The translations under genes and the position numbers were made by a program. Below the pieces are notes generated by a model, which was not told the origin of the DNA, ran no database searches, and saw nothing but the letters and a program-made list of their open reading frames with translations. A DNA stretch of 64,000 bases, taken from contig NMRA01000326.1 of NCBI GenBank assembly GCA_002633005.1, positions 1-64,000 of the forward strand, written 5' to 3'. Below, piece by piece: positions 59,641-64,000 of the stretch. Source of the stretch: Phoronis australis (taxonomy: Eukaryota; Animalia; Phoronida). Every line of letters begins with the position of its first letter. Positions within the stretch are counted from its first letter, which is position 1.

Positions 59641-61349
59641 CTCCAAGAATTAGCAATACTGAAACGCTCTCTTGTATTCAAAATATATGTCTTGATAATT
59701 CTAAAAACGTGTATTTTAATAACCATATAGTTCGAAAAATCGACAAAATTTGTTAAGCAAAGCTTTCGCGAAACGTATTGGATTTTTAAATTCAGTAAGT
59801 CAATTTTGCGACTGCAAAACCAGAGGCCCCTCTCTGGCAACTTGGATAACGGAGACACTTTAACTGTCGCTTTTTTCTTGAATTGTATATCACTTGAGAA
59901 AAATTGACCTGACAGATATCATACATTGCTGCATATTTCTTGATTTTTTAAAAATATAGATATTTTCACATACAGGGGCCCGATGTCTGAAGGAGGCCAT
60001 TGATGACATTCAAGTGGTCACTAGTTTTTATGTTTCTATTCAAATTCTTAAGGGTACGCTCACGGAGAGAGGACCCAATGTTGGACTATTTTCCTTTTTT
60101 TGTGAAATCGTGCAACCAACTGTCATGTTGAAGAAGGTCACTTCCTGCGCCGATGTCTGACCACACGACGGTGGAATGAACTGTCACTCATTTCCAAGCT
60201 TAATACTCAAAGGTGTCTCATTTCAGACGAGACCCTCTCTCGGAGAAATCCCCTTTGTCCCTCTATATATGTATAAATCCGACACTGCCAAGTATTCTCG
60301 AAAAAAGTTGTGATTCGAAATTCACCAAAAAACACAGCACTATCAAGACTGACATTCGAGCCAAACAATCAAAAAATGTGAAAAAATACAATAGGATGAC
60401 CGCCGTCGAAAGGGAGTCGGAAATTTTAAAGAACGTGAAGAGACTCCTGTTCTTTAATTACACAAAAGGACTATTTCCGATGGTTAGTTATAAACTAATG
60501 TTACTGTTTCCCATATTATCACAAGAATAGTATCTCTTTTGATGCTATGATTTGTGTGTAAGGAATTCCCACATGTTAAAAACACTGTTGTCGAGGCTAC
60601 CATTGGGGTGACCGTGTACATGTCAAAAGAGTGAGCCCAAATACTCGCAATAATAAACAAATTTTACAAATATTTCAGCGTTTTTTTGAGGTCAAGTTAA
60701 ACTCGGGAACCGTTATAGGTACCACGGCAAAAGCAAAAATACACCTTACTATGAATGCTCAACCTCCCATTTCCCCTACCAGTCACTGAAAATCTGCGAA
60801 CATGCCTGCAGAAATTGCTTATTACATTCCGTTTTGATCAACAAATCCGTTGGTTCACCTACGAAAACCGACAGATTAATAGGTGATTTTTGGCAATTTG
60901 AACCTAATCTTTTAAGAAATGATGACGATTCAGGTAATTTAGTAGAAGCCCGAATATGGAAAAAACTATAATCCGATCCCCAAATAGTAAAATGCACTTG
61001 GACGCTTTTTGCCTGTCTAAAATAACTCTCAAAAGCACTAATGAAATTTGGATACTTCCCAAAAAATTTACTCACTATTCAAATGACAATAAATGAAACC
61101 AGAAACTGGACTACCGGCTGCGTTTCATCACTCCCGCCACAAAGGCACTCATACCAGGCACCTCGGGACCTCACCTTTTCAAAAATTACTTTAAAGAATG
61201 TTCACCATAAAATGAAGTTTTCCCGAAACTGGATCATAGTAAAAGGAACTTTGACCTTCAACCCAGCTATAGCTTCTTCAGACAGCTCCCAGCATAACCG
61301 TCAGTGCGCTCGGGGCTCTTTGATGGTTCACGGTTACTCAAATCCTCCA

Positions 61350-61900
61350 GATGGCTGCATCCCCGGTATTATACCCCCACCTATGGCGGACGTGGGGGTG
61401 GGGTTCGGTACAGATAAGGTGACATCCAGAGAGAGGGTGGCGGGGTGACCTTAGCAAGAGGGTAGGTTGGCGAAGTGAAATTGGTTTGTGCTCCCCCCAA
61501 TATTTTTTCCTTCCTACGGGCCTGCCCACACGTTTGATTTGTCGCCGGAGGACAAGTATAATTTAGATGTGGTAATGGCACGTTTTGACGAACACTATGG
61601 CCATAAGAGATACCGCGATATTCACCGACAAGCTTTCTTAGGACAAAACCAGAAGGCCGATGAGTCGCTCATGGCTTTTGTAGTCTATCTGCATGTGACT
61701 ACGGTGCCATAGAGGACATTGTGACAGAATAGTCAATGGTGTCCACGACAGCCATATCAAAATGAAACTCCTATAGAGGAAGTGGATGACAACACGCAGG
61801 AGAATGTAATTAAAATTTGTCGCACCAGTGAATTCGCAGTGTCTCAACAGTACCTAAAAAACATTAGTTGAGGACAATGTTCGTCCCACAAAGCGCAAGA
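61350..61900 (+). mobile_element. Decayed Gypsy-type LTR retrotransposon gag fragment
   Basis: TFDLSPEDKYNLDVVMARFDEHY..RQAF..NQKADESL..FV, CDRIVNGVHDSHIKMKLL, VIKICRTSE; disrupted by frameshifts; no LTRs or pol seen. Confidence 0.75.
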
Positions 61901-63497
61901 TGTTTTGTAGAACATGCAGGCGAACGCATTTCGAGAACAACTGTCCTGCCAGAAGCAAACGTTTTGTGACAGTTTCGACCATTTTACAAACTCAAAACTT
62001 TGCAAAGTAAAACGGACATCTCTGCAGCAACACCACTACCAACAGAGAACTCGGAAGAGGACAATCCCGAAGGCATCTCAACTACAGAGGAAATCGTAGT
62101 TGAAATCACAACGGCAATCATCGAGGAGGACGCACAAATGCGCACAGAATTGAGGACGACATGGCAACAGATGTGACGGAACAATGCAGTATTAAAGATG
62201 AGTTCGGTATAAAATGAAATTAGTATCCAAGGAAGGATCACGGGCAAAATTTCATGAACATACGTGAAGGCGTTTTGGAGGTAAATACGTGGGCTCATAA
62301 ACAGCAGGTTTACTTCTAATCGACAAAATAAAATTCAAATAAGGTAAGCGTTTATACTAATTTTTTTCTGGGGACACGGAATAAATTTGTACCCAGATCA
62401 AAGAACATGATTCTTTTCCATGTATCACACACGACATATTCGACATAATTTGAAATTAACTTGACTGCCTCATTCGCCACTCGGGCCATCCGTAGCACTC
62501 ACTTGACCATTCAGGTCTTGAGTGAGCGAAGAAACCATGGCATACATGTAGATTCCTTTATAGAGCCGCCGCAGAAGACATCAAGTGTCTTTCTGTTGCT
62601 GCAGGGTAAGACGTTTTACTTTTCTGAGAACGCACAAGAACATTACAGACAAAATATTAATGTGAACGCCATTTTGTTTTAGTAGTAAAGTTGCCATAGC
62701 TTGCCTTGTGCCATGTACCTATACAGGAGCAGCGACATACTCAATACTCGGTACCTCTTTGACGAAATTAATTTTCTCCAAATAAATAGTAATCTTGTTA
62801 TTCATCGATATCAAACAAATTCTTCGATATCAAAATTGCCTATCTCCACGAAAAAAAACAAAACAAAAATACGACAATCCTGTTTCGTGAACATACACTA
62901 TGATATACCTGCATAGTGAATATTAGTTCGTAAGAAGGGACACTGGAGCTGCTGAAACATGTTAGCAGATATATTATGTTATTTCCATCACACGCACTTA
63001 TTGCCGAGATCATCTGTGGGAGTAATTCAGGACAAGTTAGTGCTAAAACAAGTTCCAGTGAACTGAGCATACACTGTAATCAGTAGAAGAGGCTCCTGAG
63101 TATTGTGACACGAGACGACAATGCGTCGCGTGTCGTTCATTTTCTTTTACGCTCGGCACTTTTACTTTTTAAACAGAACGCGAAAAAATTCACCGAGAGA
63201 CAAAAATTGGATACACTTTTAAGAAATACCACAATTATGGGTACAGGAAATTTATCGCAGACAGACAATATTTCTGCACACTTATCAAACTTTTTCCGTT
63301 TTTGCTCAACTAAATCAAAATTTTATTCTCCCGGTAAATGACGTGGATGTAACAAGGGGTCGGAATACACGACGCCACCGTGGTTGAACTCGTCCCAAAT
63401 TAGTCAGTGCCTGCTGCGCCGTGTGCTGTCTTCACTGGAAACAAAGAACCAAATTTCATTTTGTGTCAAGGTAGAAAGACGAAAAATTGCTTATTAG

Positions 63498-63640
63498 CAT
63501 GGGCGGCGCACCATAGGGGGCTGGGGGAGGCTATAGCCCCCACTTTTTTCAGTGCTACGCCGCCCATGGTCTATTGCCGGTGCACCACAGGGTTGCTTGG
63601 TGGCTTTAGCTCCCCACTTTTTCAGTGCTGCGCCGCCCAG
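63498..63640. mobile_element. Second copy of the dimeric CATGGGCGG MITE
   Basis: Same two-unit structure; flanks ATTAG / AGTAG match 4 of 5. Confidence 0.8.
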
Positions 63641-64000
63641 AGTAGGAGGTGCCCTATCCCAACTCTCGTCACAAAACCAATGTCAGCCGCCCTCTTCTCT
63701 TCAATACAACTACATGCGCGCACCCAGGGGTATCTCAAACTAGACCCCCATTTGGCGACGTGAACAAAAAGGTAAGCGTCAGAGAAACAAAAAGTCCGAG
63801 AAAACGAGATAAAAGTCCACTAAAAAGGTGCAAACGCACAATTCACTGCACGTACAGCTCCGATAGTGGTACTGTTTTTTTAGTCGACCAACTAATTTGT
63901 TAGTAAAAGGTCCACATCGCCAAGAATTCGAGCCCCCTATATTGGAGGCTGGGTGCTCGCATGAACTGCATCTGCTTATTTTCTTAATGATCCAATAAAA

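Noticed and set aside
59630-61320. Kolobok-like termini upstream of MPI (GGAGACACTTTAA, TTAAGGGTACGC)
   Set aside because: Probably repeat-derived, but no matching partner TIR or TSD could be identified, so it is not annotated as an element.
62560-63780. Possible first exons of a divergent + strand gene (donor-like GTAAG near 62606 and 63771)
   Set aside because: No recognisable protein or linked acceptor; the ORFs at 63407-63903 derive partly from the MITE.

Overview
Eukaryotic (metazoan, AT-rich, probably marine invertebrate; organism is inference) draft scaffold with four large N gaps and dense interspersed and tandem repeats. It is not prokaryotic. Two convergent spliced genes were reconstructed by hand with GT-AG junctions and consistent phases. 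(1) A + strand, 16-coding-exon gene (10786..44829, 569 aa) encoding a protein I do not recognise: long coiled coil, Pro-rich linker, C-terminal EF-hand pair and terminal CaaX box (CVIQ). (2) Mannose-6-phosphate isomerase (MPI) on the - strand, 8 exons (59566..51454, 423 aa). A decayed, 5'-truncated APE-RT LINE lies between their 3' ends. The first ~6 kb is a partly duplicated, decayed minus-strand cluster with OB-fold, Bro-N-like, zinc-ribbon and ankyrin fragments, probably transposon or virus-like cargo. Introns and flanks hold TIR elements with 5-bp target-site duplications, Kolobok/ISL2EU-type remnants (THAP, SWIM), Helentron-like hairpin repeats, a Gypsy gag remnant and many minisatellites. 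All calls are by eye; no database searches were run.
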